Positions 52,301 through 60,300 of a stretch of DNA of 64,000 bases are shown here, piece after piece. Position numbers and translations under genes: made by a program. Source of the DNA: Leptogorgia sarmentosa (Eukaryota). Below the pieces are notes generated by a model. That model ran no database searches. It had not been told where the DNA came from and saw nothing but the letters and a program-made list of their open reading frames with translations. Position 1 is the stretch's first letter. The number at the start of each line of letters is the position of its first letter. The stretch lies in assembly GCA_964658305.1 (NCBI GenBank), contig OZ210885.1, positions 13,826,001-13,890,000 of the forward strand, read 5' to 3'.

Positions 52301-53592
52301 CCCTGTTGCTGTTTGTTGACATTTTACAACAGTAAAATTTGTATTGCTGGTTTTGTACTTTCAAATGCAGAAAAATTTCAGCATGAAAACTGCTGAAATT
52401 TAAAACTAGCTATAGTTTAAACGTAACGTCAACTACCTTAATTCTGTAACTGTGGTTTTTTCCTTGCTTTTTGGTGTGTATTTATCAAGCAAAACTGTTT
52501 TTGTAAATATGTCGATTTCAAAGCGATAGAACACTTTGAAATTATATTCAGTTATTAATTAAAATAGAAATAAATTTGGAAGTTCTTTTTTCCCAGCGCT
52601 TGTTTGCATAATAAAACAGTTATTCTGCTCACTCTCGTCGTATTCTCTCACTCTGATAGTATATGAGTATCAGTGCATAGACAACTCGAGTTCGCAGGAT
52701 AACTGTCAATTATTGTATGCCTGGGGTAAACTATGTATGAAAATATAATTATTGATTAGATGAACCTTTTAAAATCGACTTTTAGACAAACTTGTGAGAA
52801 AGATAAAAGCTATTGGTTGAAATCACATATTATCACAACAGTGTAGAACAAAAGAAAAATGCAGTTAATCATGAATCTGTCATGGGAACAAAGGGCTCAG
52901 CTCAATGGGTTTAGTGATTTTACCACAATTATTGACTTCGCAGTTTCAACCAGCATTTTCTAATAGGCTAATGCTTTCTTATGTTCAAAATGGCCTATAA
53001 AAAACAAGTCATTGATCCATCTTCATGGTAACCAGTCATTTCGCCCACAAGTCATTTCGCCCACAGTTATTTGTGGTTAGGGTCAGATTTATGGTTTGGG
53101 ACTGGTTTATTTTGTGAAAATTACGTGCCAAATGAAAACGAACCACCCGAGACGTTGGTGAAATGAATTGTGGGCGAAATGACCGTAATTCATCTTCATG
53201 ACTGTGCAAAATTGACATTCACTGCTTATTTTTTCAAACACCTTCCATATGCAATGTTACATATGACTAAGTCATCCAATTTTGACAAAATTTTCGATCA
53301 CTCATACTATTAATCTCTAGATCCTGGTTCACATACCAGACCTATTAAGTGTGATGATATGGCATGACCACCTGTGTACAAATACTCACTTGGATTTCAA
53401 TGTTCTGAGAATTGTCAGTATTTTTTGACGGTTTAAATACCAACCTACGCCCGAAATATACAATTGTCAATAGGAAAAGAATTCTTTACTACCTTCGCTT
53501 TCTTTTCTTCGTGAAACAGGCTCGATTTGAAGAACAGTTCTTCTTCGACTGGCTGGACCAGCACCAAATTTATCCCTTCCTTTGCGGCCCAT
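21633..53592 (-). CDS. FNBP4: Formin-binding protein 4 (two WW domains, Pro-rich C-terminal half); 21 exons, about 922 aa
   Basis: Phase-compatible GT-AG exons: 53493-53592, 51913-51963, 51686-51730, 49334-49437, 46471-46594, 43808-44392, 40814-40994, 40134-40255, 37668-37832, 37535-37596, 36458-36562, 34753-34886, 31820-31953, 30432-30479, 29742-29873, 28001-28057, 26960-27104, 25251-25353, 23830-23901, 23115-23296, 21633-21750 (2769 nt). Recognised FNBP4 blocks: RRRTVLQI, GLLGQYAEDSDDE, LSDFFKEIEAI, YYWNTLTNEVSWELP, TRIKDWREGGL...GWSCHWD/YKRYFYTN...GESQWDYP, MSSLVQKWQ, IKQWRQEQ...NPNF...DWRER. Confidence 0.93.
21776..22188 (+). mobile_element. Kolobok-like MITE, copy 1 (others at about 30688-31125 and, inverted, 62762-63184)
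   Basis: TTAA|GAGGA...TCGTC|TTAA ends; about 400 bp shared by three loci. Confidence 0.75.
22675..23035 (+). repeat. Dispersed ~360-bp element with a 3' hairpin (copies 25890-26275 and 47053-47320)
   Basis: All three start TAATATCATTGTTGTCAATTTCCTGGACG.TGATTGGCT and end TTTCCTATAC. Confidence 0.9.
23115..23296 (-). CDS. FNBP4: FNBP4 penultimate exon
   Basis: MSSLVQKWQAIKRQEE...IKQWRQEQIT; 182 nt, phase 0-2. Confidence 0.9.
23830..23901 (-). CDS. FNBP4: FNBP4 exon ending in a basic KPKKKK stretch (NLS-like)
   Basis: 72 nt, phase 0-0. Confidence 0.75.
24129..24321. mobile_element. PIF/Harbinger-like MITE (related copies 35360-35553, 50068-50283, 60317-60501)
   Basis: AGGCCCATTTACACGAGCGATTT / AAATCGCTCGTGTAAACGAGCCT TIR with TAA/TTA flanks; palindromic body. 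Confidence 0.8.
25251..25353 (-). CDS. FNBP4: FNBP4 exon
   Basis: 103 nt, phase 2-0, ctttag|...aac|gtaagt; contains SLIDYSD. Confidence 0.78.
25890..26275 (+). repeat. Copy 2 of the 22675 family, with full hairpin
   Basis: Direct sequence match to 22675-23035. Confidence 0.9.
26960..27104 (-). CDS. FNBP4: FNBP4 proline-rich exon
   Basis: EPTPPPPGLSPPLPPLPD...IPPPPPPQDAPPLPPP; 145 nt, phase 1-2, donor gtaagt. Confidence 0.87.
27595..27900. repeat. 15-bp minisatellite (AAAAACTTGTCAYAT), about 20 copies
   Basis: Seen directly; source of spurious ORFs in four frames. Confidence 0.97.
28001..28057 (-). CDS. FNBP4: FNBP4 small exon (DPYRLDDDSPPVPENNRDH)
   Basis: 57 nt, phase 1-1, tcttag|...cacg|gtatgt. 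Confidence 0.7.
28563..29060 (+). mobile_element. Crypton-like non-autonomous element
   Basis: From 28682: MAARFAEVSQEEIDKIKQESIPKK/VTKYGLKIFQ; 3' hairpin TATACTAAAACAATTAGTCGCC...CTCGCCTTCGGCGACTAATTG. Confidence 0.55.
29742..29873 (-). CDS. FNBP4: FNBP4 exon
   Basis: 132 nt, phase 1-1, taacag|...aaag|gtaaac; lies inside ORF 29617..30186. Confidence 0.7.
30432..30479 (-). CDS. FNBP4: FNBP4 small exon
   Basis: 48 nt, phase 1-1, tcacag|...catg|gtaagc. Confidence 0.6.
30688..31125 (+). mobile_element. Kolobok-like MITE, copy 2
   Basis: Shares CTATGTCGCGTATTTTCGA...AGTCTGCCGACTGAGAAACCTCAAAATTTG with copy 1. Confidence 0.75.
31820..31953 (-). CDS. FNBP4: FNBP4 exon, second half of WW domain 2
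   Basis: (S)TYKRYFYTNDRTGESQWDYP; 134 nt, phase 2-1. Confidence 0.93.
33643..34158. mobile_element. Non-autonomous P-superfamily-like MITE, copy 2 (in the FNBP4 WW2 intron)
   Basis: Same sequence family as 9909-10423; exact 7-bp TSD CTTAATC. Confidence 0.88.
34753..34886 (-). CDS. FNBP4: FNBP4 exon, first half of WW domain 2
   Basis: TRIKDWREGGLSSTYIVKKLREAAQELKSYEQSAVPEGWSCHWD; donor ACAG|gtactg. Confidence 0.93.
34929..35340. mobile_element. P-superfamily-like MITE with CATAGA...TCTATG ends (second copy 59684-60050)
   Basis: About 35-bp TIR CATAGATTAAGAATACATAGATGTGCAACTCGGGA; imperfect 7-bp TSD ATTCAGG/ATTCAGT. Confidence 0.82.
36458..36562 (-). CDS. FNBP4: FNBP4 exon (TEIHDLCQLLSNKLQFLNINKEGVNKLLIVLVQME)
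   Basis: 105 nt, phase 0-0, donor GAG|gtaagc; matches the conserved helical region before WW2. Confidence 0.9.
37535..37596 (-). CDS. FNBP4: FNBP4 exon
   Basis: 62 nt, phase 1-0; VTLAQVEADKKKEEESEKLT. Confidence 0.78.
37668..37832 (-). CDS. FNBP4: FNBP4 exon
   Basis: 165 nt, phase 1-1; overlaps ORF 37645..37851. Confidence 0.8.
37955..38223. mobile_element. Harbinger-like MITE with repeated palindromic TTAGTTGTCGACAACTAA motifs, nested in a pogo/Tigger-like MITE starting at about 37927
   Basis: TTAGGGCCTCCACAGACGAGAC / GTCTCATCTGTGGAGGCCCTAA TIR; host element TACAGTAGAACCCC...CTCGAAC resumes after 38223. Confidence 0.8.
39345..39800 (+). repeat. Palindrome-ended element; inverted copy at 43320-43735, relatives at about 36995-37500
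   Basis: ATAACACTTTGTTAAATTAACGCGAT...CATGAACGTGGCGCGACCATGTGAGCG plus a ~160-bp hairpin. Confidence 0.85.
40134..40255 (-). CDS. FNBP4: FNBP4 exon
   Basis: 122 nt, phase 2-1; SDKEDVK...PAKKAKIEEES...LLE; donor gtatgt. Confidence 0.8.
40353..40390. repeat. (TTG)n microsatellite
   Basis: About 12 units. Confidence 0.95.
40814..40994 (-). CDS. FNBP4: FNBP4 exon
   Basis: 181 nt, phase 1-2, tttcag|...aaag|gtattt; overlaps ORF 40738..40935. Confidence 0.8.
41630..41783. mobile_element. Harbinger-like MITE
   Basis: AAGCCGGTTTTCCACTAGCGACTTTTGTCGCGCGAA / TTCGCGCGACAAAAGTCGCTAGTGAAAAACCGGCTT. Confidence 0.8.
42172..42889. mobile_element. hAT-like MITE
   Basis: CAGCGCCGGATTA / TAATCCGGCACTG TIR with an exact 8-bp TSD AGTTTACC. 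Confidence 0.85.
43320..43735 (-). repeat. Inverted copy of the 39345-39800 element
   Basis: Reverse-complement match. Confidence 0.85.
43808..44392 (-). CDS. FNBP4: FNBP4 exon with WW domain 1 and acidic region
   Basis: LPEPWQQVCDPSTNYIYYWNTLTNEVSWELP; 585 nt, phase 1-1, donor gtaagt. Confidence 0.92.
44575..45305 (-). repeat. Dispersed ~730-bp repeat, copy 2
   Basis: Reverse complement of 160-895. Confidence 0.85.
45538..45772 (+). repeat. ~230-bp repeat; inverted copy at 47640-47874
   Basis: TTAACTCGTGACGTATGCGATTTACTGTGGCG...CAACGTAGACGCATGCAC..ATCGTGCGTGCCTAT. Confidence 0.9.
46471..46594 (-). CDS. FNBP4: FNBP4 exon (EIEAIG...)
   Basis: 124 nt, phase 0-1, atttag|...caag|gtcagg. Confidence 0.82.
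47053..47320 (+). repeat. Copy 3 of the 22675 family, hairpin partly deleted
   Basis: Direct sequence match to 22675-23035. Confidence 0.85.
48049..48430. mobile_element. Kolobok-like MITE
   Basis: TTAA|AGTGCAGATGAAATGATTTTTTTTACCT / AGGTAAAAAAAAATCATGTCGTGTGCACT|TGAA. Confidence 0.6.
49334..49437 (-). CDS. FNBP4: FNBP4 exon (...IDNKLSDFFK)
   Basis: 104 nt, ttttag|...aaa|gtatgt, phase 1-0. Confidence 0.85.
49495..49941. mobile_element. MITE with short TIR and many internal TTCACG motifs
   Basis: TATAGAGGGTGGTAA / TTACTACTCTCTATA ends. Confidence 0.6.
50534..50939. mobile_element. Harbinger-like MITE
   Basis: TAGGCCCTGTCCACACGTATC / GATACGTGTGGACGGGGCCTTA. Confidence 0.85.
51219..51506. 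mobile_element. tRNA-derived inverted-repeat element, copy 2 (tRNA-like unit 51376-51452)
   Basis: Shares GAGTTCCGAAATATCA...TTCGAACCGACTTGACCT...AGCTCAGTTGGTAG...AAACCAAAGGTCG...GGTTCGATT with 3889-4186. Confidence 0.8.
51686..51730 (-). CDS. FNBP4: FNBP4 exon (GIGLLGQYAEDSDDE)
   Basis: 45 nt, ctttag|...gaag|gtaaca; conserved LLGxY-acidic motif. Confidence 0.85.
51913..51963 (-). CDS. FNBP4: FNBP4 putative exon 2
   Basis: 51 nt, phase 1-1, ttcaag|...cag|gtaatt; open frame, no recognisable motif. Confidence 0.55.
53493..53592 (-). CDS. FNBP4: FNBP4 exon 1 (MGRKGRDKFGAGPASRRRTVLQIEPVSRRKESE)
   Basis: ATG at 53592-53590; donor GAAG|gtagta; resembles the FNBP4 N-terminus. Confidence 0.8.
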
Positions 53593-54175
53593 ATTCACGG
53601 CTTGCTAAACAGAATGATGTCTTTCGTAAAAGAAAGAGAAAGTGCCATTAAAACAGTATATTCTCAACTTTTTTCTAGAGAAATTTATAAATATCTTTGT
53701 AATCTTTTGTATCGATATCACAAACTATCAATAATCAATCACGTGCTCGGCTCGTGGCCTGGGTACGAAATTCCTTCGTATGATATCTTAAAATTCCTTG
53801 CAGTTGCAAGCAAGTGAAACTGCATTTTATGATTTATCCTGATAGTAAAAGAACCCTCAGACCTAACTGAATTGACTTGCCTTGACTAATCCACGTGAAT
53901 ATCCTTTCTAGACAATATAATGTGGAAAGTAACGGTTAGTATCCCAGTTCTTACTGGAATCAAACGTTCTTCCTGGTTGAAAGGAATTTTCGAGAGGATA
54001 TTCCTTGGATTTCGGCAAATACTTCATGTTACTTAATCTATGACCGAGATGTTTCAAAATCTCAAAAACCTAATTTGACCGATAAATGAAGTGAAAAATG
54101 TAAAAATGTCAATGAAATTTTGTGTTTAAGAGATGGATAATTGTGCAAGCTTAACTGAATAATCTCGATGATAAT
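53593..54175. promoter_or_regulatory. Putative bidirectional promoter / 5'UTR region between FNBP4 and C12orf4
   Basis: Only 583 bp separate the two divergent start codons; no recognisable repeats; two CACGTG E-boxes near 53740 and 53892. Confidence 0.6.
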
Positions 54176-54356
54176 ATGGCAAAGAATTTAGTCGAGGTAT
54201 CTGCTTCAAAGAAGCCGTTTTCCTTCGAGTTTGTTGACGAAGGTCGATCATGCAAATTACAGGCGAATGTGAATATTCCTGGTGATATTTCGAAGGTGGA
54301 TGAGTTTGCGAAGAGAATTGTGAATTATCATGGCATGCCTGTTTATCTGGAAGAAG
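54176..54356 (+). CDS. C12orf4: C12orf4 coding exon 1
   Basis: ATG...HGMPVYLEE, donor GAAG|gtatta. Confidence 0.85.
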
Positions 54357-57300
54357 GTATTAAACGTCTTAAGAGGTTTTTCATAGTGGCCTGTAATGTG
54401 TAAATCACTGTGACAATTTCAAGGAATTGACAAGTTCAGATTTGACTTCCACATTACTACCGCTACCATTATTAGTTACCCTGAGAAGTTAGTTACCCTG
54501 AGAAGTTAGTTACCCTGAGAAGTTAGTTACGTACCCTGAGAAGCTAGTTACCCTGAGAAGTTAGTTACGTACCCTGAGAAGCTAGTTACCCTGAGAAGTT
54601 GGTTACCTTGAGAAGTTAGTTACCTTGAGAAGTTGGTTACCCCGAGAAGTTAGTTACCCTGAGAAGTTAGTTACCCTGAGAAGTTAGTTACCCTGAGAAG
54701 TTGGTTACCTTGGGAAGTTAGTTACCCTGAGAAGTTGGTTACCTTGAGAAGTTAGTTACCCTGAGAAGTTAGTTACCCTGAGAAGTTAGTTACCCAGAGA
54801 AGTTAGTTATCCTGAGAAGTTAGTTACACTGAGAAGTTAGTTACCCTGAGAAGTTAGTTACCCTGAGAAGTTTGTTACCTTGAGAAGTTAGTTATCCTGA
54901 GAAGTTAGTTACCCGGAGAAGTTAGTTACCCTGAGAAGTTAGTTACCCTGAGAAGTTAGTTACCCTGAGAAGTTGGTTACCCTGAGAAGTTAGTTACCCT
55001 GAGAAGTTAGTTTCCCTGAGAAGTTAGTTACCCTGAGAAGTTAGTTACCCTGAGAAGTTGGTTACCCAGAGAAGTTACCCCTTGAGCGAAAATGTAGTAC
55101 AATTTTTTTGAACAGTGTAACTTTTATCTGTGCGTAATACAAAAGCATACAAAAATTGCCAAGGTTGCAAGGTCATATTTACCTAATTACTATACAGTAT
55201 TTTGCAAGCAAACGTTGCAATTTTACTAATTTTAAGATGCTTTTTGAAGCTGTGGTGATGGATTTTTCCTATTTCAAAGTATTTCATATTAAAGGTTAAA
55301 AGTCCATTGAGAGATTCATCATCATAGCTGAAAAATTGTGAACACAATTGACTTTGTGAAAGCATATTTTAAAGTGAGACATCTTGTAGGATATCTAATC
55401 TGTGGTTTAGGGCACTTGCTGAGTCAATGACAAATATGTACAGTAGTTCTTAAATGCAAAAACAAAGAGTAAACCTCTGGTTGGGTTAGGTTCCGTGTTG
55501 TAGTTGAGTCAAAATTTTAGGAAGGATTAAAGTGTGGAATAAATATGAATTTGACATAATTTTTCTGTTCCTAACCCTAACCCTAATGCTTAGGGAACAC
55601 CTTGTATTATCTAATGTAATTGCGATTTTGACGTATCCTAACTTTTCTCATCAATTTCGTTTTAGATTTATTGAATGCTCTTCAAGTTTTCATAGCCAAA
55701 GAGAACGAAGCATATTATAATGATGTTGCAGATAAATTACTGGAATCATATTCCCAAAATCCTGAACAATTTGAGTCCGCTCTCGACTCATGGAACGAGG
55801 CTTTTACCCAAGAATGCTCAAGATATTCTGATGCTAAAGAAGTGAAAACAGAGGAACTGACATTTTCTGAGATGTATCATTCTCTCATTCATTCATCAGC
55901 ATTGGTAACATTACTGCAATTGGAGAACACTTATGCATTGGCTGTTCAAGACGTGTTAGCACAAAGAGACACAGCTCTGGGCAAGTTGGAACAAAAGTAA
56001 GTATTGAGTCGAGTCTGTCGTCAGTGACTGACTAAGATACTGTATGTACGTAATCTGGTAAACAATTATTGAAGTAGCTAGGTTGAGTGGGATGTATTTA
56101 TAGGCTGAACATGAATATATGTGAATATACATCGCCTACACCCCCCCCCCCCCAACCCCCTCCTCCCAAAATGCTTGCTTGAAATGCATGCAATAAATAA
56201 TATTTAAACGGTAGTAGTATACACCCAACCATCGTCTATTACAAATGCTACATTCTGATTGGCTACTCAGCCGTTGTCTATTTAACAATTAGATTACGAG
56301 CTGGAGATTTCTATGAGGTGATAGTTGATGAGGGCGAAGCCCGAATCAACTATCATCTTGTAGAAATAGAGAGCGAGTAATCTAATTGTTTTAGTAGAAT
56401 CAGAGATCAAACATGAAAATATTGCAATAAATAATTTAAAACGCGTCTCAGAAGACATTTTCTTTAACGAAAATTCAGTTTAATTCACATGTTTTGCTAC
56501 TCGCTATCTATCGAGGAATAGATAGCGAGTAGAGTAGCCAATCAAATTGTAGCATTTGCAATAGTATTCTAGTATGATTCTACTAATCTGTGATAGACCA
56601 CGGTTCGCGAAAAAGCAAAGGAAAACAATATGGCTACTGCAGAAAACTCGCGTTTTGCTGAGGTTTCTGAAGAATTTTCTTGATATAAATAATTCTGGGC
56701 ATAGAGTGTATACTAAAACAATTAGACAACTCGACCTCCTTGTCTATGAGCGAATAGCCTCGGCCTCGTTATCTAATTGTTAAATATAATCTGTTTTCAA
56801 TATGTGACCATATTACATCATAATGTTGTATATGCAAGTACTGTAGGGGCTAACAACATAAAAATTTAAGGAGAAAACTCCTATTCATAAGATAAATGAT
56901 CTATTGCGATTAAAGAGGTTTTGAGCAATGGCCCTTAATTGTCGAGACATAAATTTACTAATTTTCGAGGTAGGAGTTTTGCCCATAAAAATTCGAATTT
57001 GTGCTGGTTTTTGTCATGATTAGCTTTGTTAATGAGCTACGTAAGTTACATTATCCATTATCCATTGTTTGAGTTGCATTCGATGCGACGGAAATTCGAC
57101 ACGTCTGAAACGGGCCTAAGTCCTCTAGAAAGATTTTTTTCATCTTATTCTGACCATTTACCTGTACTAGTTTCACATTCCTGCATTGTTTTTACCCAGA
57201 CAACATGAAGAAATGCAGAGAGCACTTGAGGCTGGTGTGAATGAAACTGGTTCAGATCAATATCATGATATGGTGAATAATTTGGCCGCAAGACATTGTG

Positions 57301-60300
57301 AAGACACACAGGTTATCATACGTTTTATTTGTTGTTGTACTTTACTCAGGTGCAGAATATTATATTGATGTTTCTCTGAGTATATATCCACGCCGGGCAG
57401 GCTGAAAAGTTAGCCTGGCCTCGGTCGGATTCGAACCCGCAACATTTGGTTAATTTGCTAGTCCACACAGGTTAGTTTCTGGTCCTGAGGCCATACAACG
57501 AACTTTTCAAGCGTGGAACGTAATGCAAATGAGTTGAAACAACTTATTGTAGCTCATTAACATTGGGTTCGGCACATGCATGAAAAGTTGCATGAACAGT
57601 CTGTGGCCGGTTGTCTGGAAGTTGGAAAACTTTATCTAATGACTTTTTCAACCGTTGCTAAAATGTTCAAATGCTATAAAGCTACTGAAGCATCGTTGAT
57701 TTAGTAGAATTGTGAAGTTTGGTAAATAACGTGAAATGTCGAAAATACAGTCATTTAAAGTTCACGAATTTTACGATAATCAGATACAAAATTAGCAAAC
57801 TTTGTTTCAAAACATTCACGATATTCTGTAACCAAACTTCACAGTTTCACTAAATTTCTGATGCTCTTTGCAACTGTGCTAATGTGTAGTAATGAAATTT
57901 CCTAATTCGTGCAAAAGTTCGTCTTAAGGTGAATCTATACAATACGATTATCGTATACGATTCGTATTCTGGCGTATGAAATCGAGTGAACACACGTGAA
58001 GACGATGTATTTCAAATGCCGTCCTAACATAATGAACAAGGATTGAGACGTGGCCATTCATTTCCATACGTCAGAATACAAATCGTATACGATAATCATA
58101 TCGTGTAGATAAGCCTTAAAAGGGGAAAGGTGCATTGCAATATGAAGCTCCCTTTATGAGATATATATCCATATTTATTTGCAATAACACAATTTTTGAC
58201 ATCACGCTACCCATCGTACGGCACTTCCCTACGGCAATAGACTTGATGTGCAAAATGACGTTTTGTTGCGCAGCGTGACTACCACAAGACCAGCATGCTT
58301 TACGAGAATCGTAATAGAAAACGAGTATAAATACGCGCAAAGCATCATAGTATAGCTGTAGGCACGCAACGCAACAAAACGTCATTATGCATAAGGTCTA
58401 TAACTGTCTGATGTTAATACCGTCTAACGTAAGCATTTTGATTGAACGTTTCGAATTTTTTTAGTCATCGTCAGGAATGGTTATATTACATGTGCATGCG
58501 TTATAATTATACTCTACGTAATTTGATATATCATTAAAAGAAAACCGATAGTTCTATTGATTTGTCGATGAATGGCGAGTGCTTCTTTGAACAGCAGATT
58601 TGACCAATGCTTAGTCCTGTCTATGATGTTGCAGTTGCAGCATTAAACCGTTGTTCTGTATTTCATGAAAATACTCAGTGATTCCCGTACTTAAATACCG
58701 TCTAGCCATAGCAGCACAGTGACGTGTGCTACATTATGTTAACTAAGGTTGAATAAAGGCTATTTCATCATCCTTTCTTGTTTATATGCAGCGCTGGCGA
58801 TAAGGTCGCTCGTGTATGTATAACGTACTGTAGCCCTATTCAACCTTAGTCAACATGATGTATAGGATATTACACGGCGGTGCGAATATATGAATTTTAC
58901 TTTGGAGTGGTGAAAACACTATTGTGAATAGCACATATATAGCACCGAGGAGATATGGTAACGAATGGACCGATATGAAACAGACTGATGTTTTACAATT
59001 TTTTTCGAAATTGTATAAAATTCATTTCAACTGTGTTTAAGAGCAGCTTTAAGTTTGTTAAATGTTTTATGTATTTTGAGGTCGTGGTATTTTGAGGAGT
59101 TTGTAAAACTCACTCGTGCACCTTTTATCGTTCTATTATTCATACAAAACAAAGTGTTTTGCATGACTGCAATTTACGTTGTGTCGTTTAGATGATATCC
59201 ACACAGTGGTCAAGTGCTTTGTCTGATCTGCAAGAAGTTCAGAAAAGAGAATATCATGAATGGGTTAGCACTGTTTATGAAGATAGTGTGGAGGCATCGA
59301 GTAAAGGTACTGTATGTTTTTGTGTTATTTCTCTGCCCTAGCTTCAGCGGCTGAAAAAATGAACTTTTTCTTTTTAAGATTAGGGCACATCCTGAAATTT
59401 TTTTATCAAAGTATTTTTTCGCAATGAGCATGATCAAAGACACTTGAGCTGCATTACTATAATTAAGAAAAGTGTATGGTGAAAACCACTAATCGTGGGC
59501 GAACGGGCCCTATCTTGTTTGGGGGGGGAGCAGGGGGAGGGAGGGGGGTCATTATTGTTTGCCCCATAGGACAGGTGGCAAGATTATTGAAGTGGGGAGG
59601 GGGGGGGGGGCGGTTGACAGATAATGGGGGACGAAGCATAATATTTATCAACTATGATGGAATTATGTTTTCCCGAACGGCACCATAGACTAAGAATACA
59701 TAGATGTGCAACTCGGAGCATTTCGTGTCGTATGTTTTGCCTTGGATACGTCATAGCCACGCGCGTTTCCGGCAAATAAACGACGATTTTAAGAAAACTT
59801 ACCGCAAGATTGCCTTGGTTCGCAGATATTTATAAAAACAAGTTGTCCTTTATATTTCAAACAACAAATTAGCTTATGTTTTTGTCCTGGTCGCTTAAAA
59901 AACGGCGAAAATCATTTTTCCGTAATACATTTATATTGAAAATCGAAAAAATGTATTTGCCAGAAATCCGTGTTGACATGACGTAATGCGTACGACAGCA
60001 AAATCGTAGGCAAATATCCCGAGTTGCACATCTATGTATCCTTATCTATGACGGAAATTGAATTTGAGCGCAATTGCGCGACCGTGAAACGCTAATTGTA
60101 TTGCACTTGTCTAATCATGTTTTTTTGTCTGAAAAAACGTATGGGTTTATGGCATCAAGATGTAGTTTATATTTGCTTTATGTTTAAAATTTAGATCCTG
60201 TTGGTCAAGTTGAAAGGTATATTCATTTTTTACAACAAGTATGAATACGTATAGGCAGTGAAATAATTGGTCATAATTATGTATAACTAGATGCTTTGAA

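Noticed and set aside
53899..53907. U12-type donor ATATCCTTT upstream of the C12orf4 ATG
   Set aside because: Only a weak GCTTAAC branch-like site near 54150, with no AC/AG acceptor at a suitable distance
54472..55080. CRISPR array
   Set aside because: Head-to-tail tandem units with no spacers; eukaryotic intron; no cas genes
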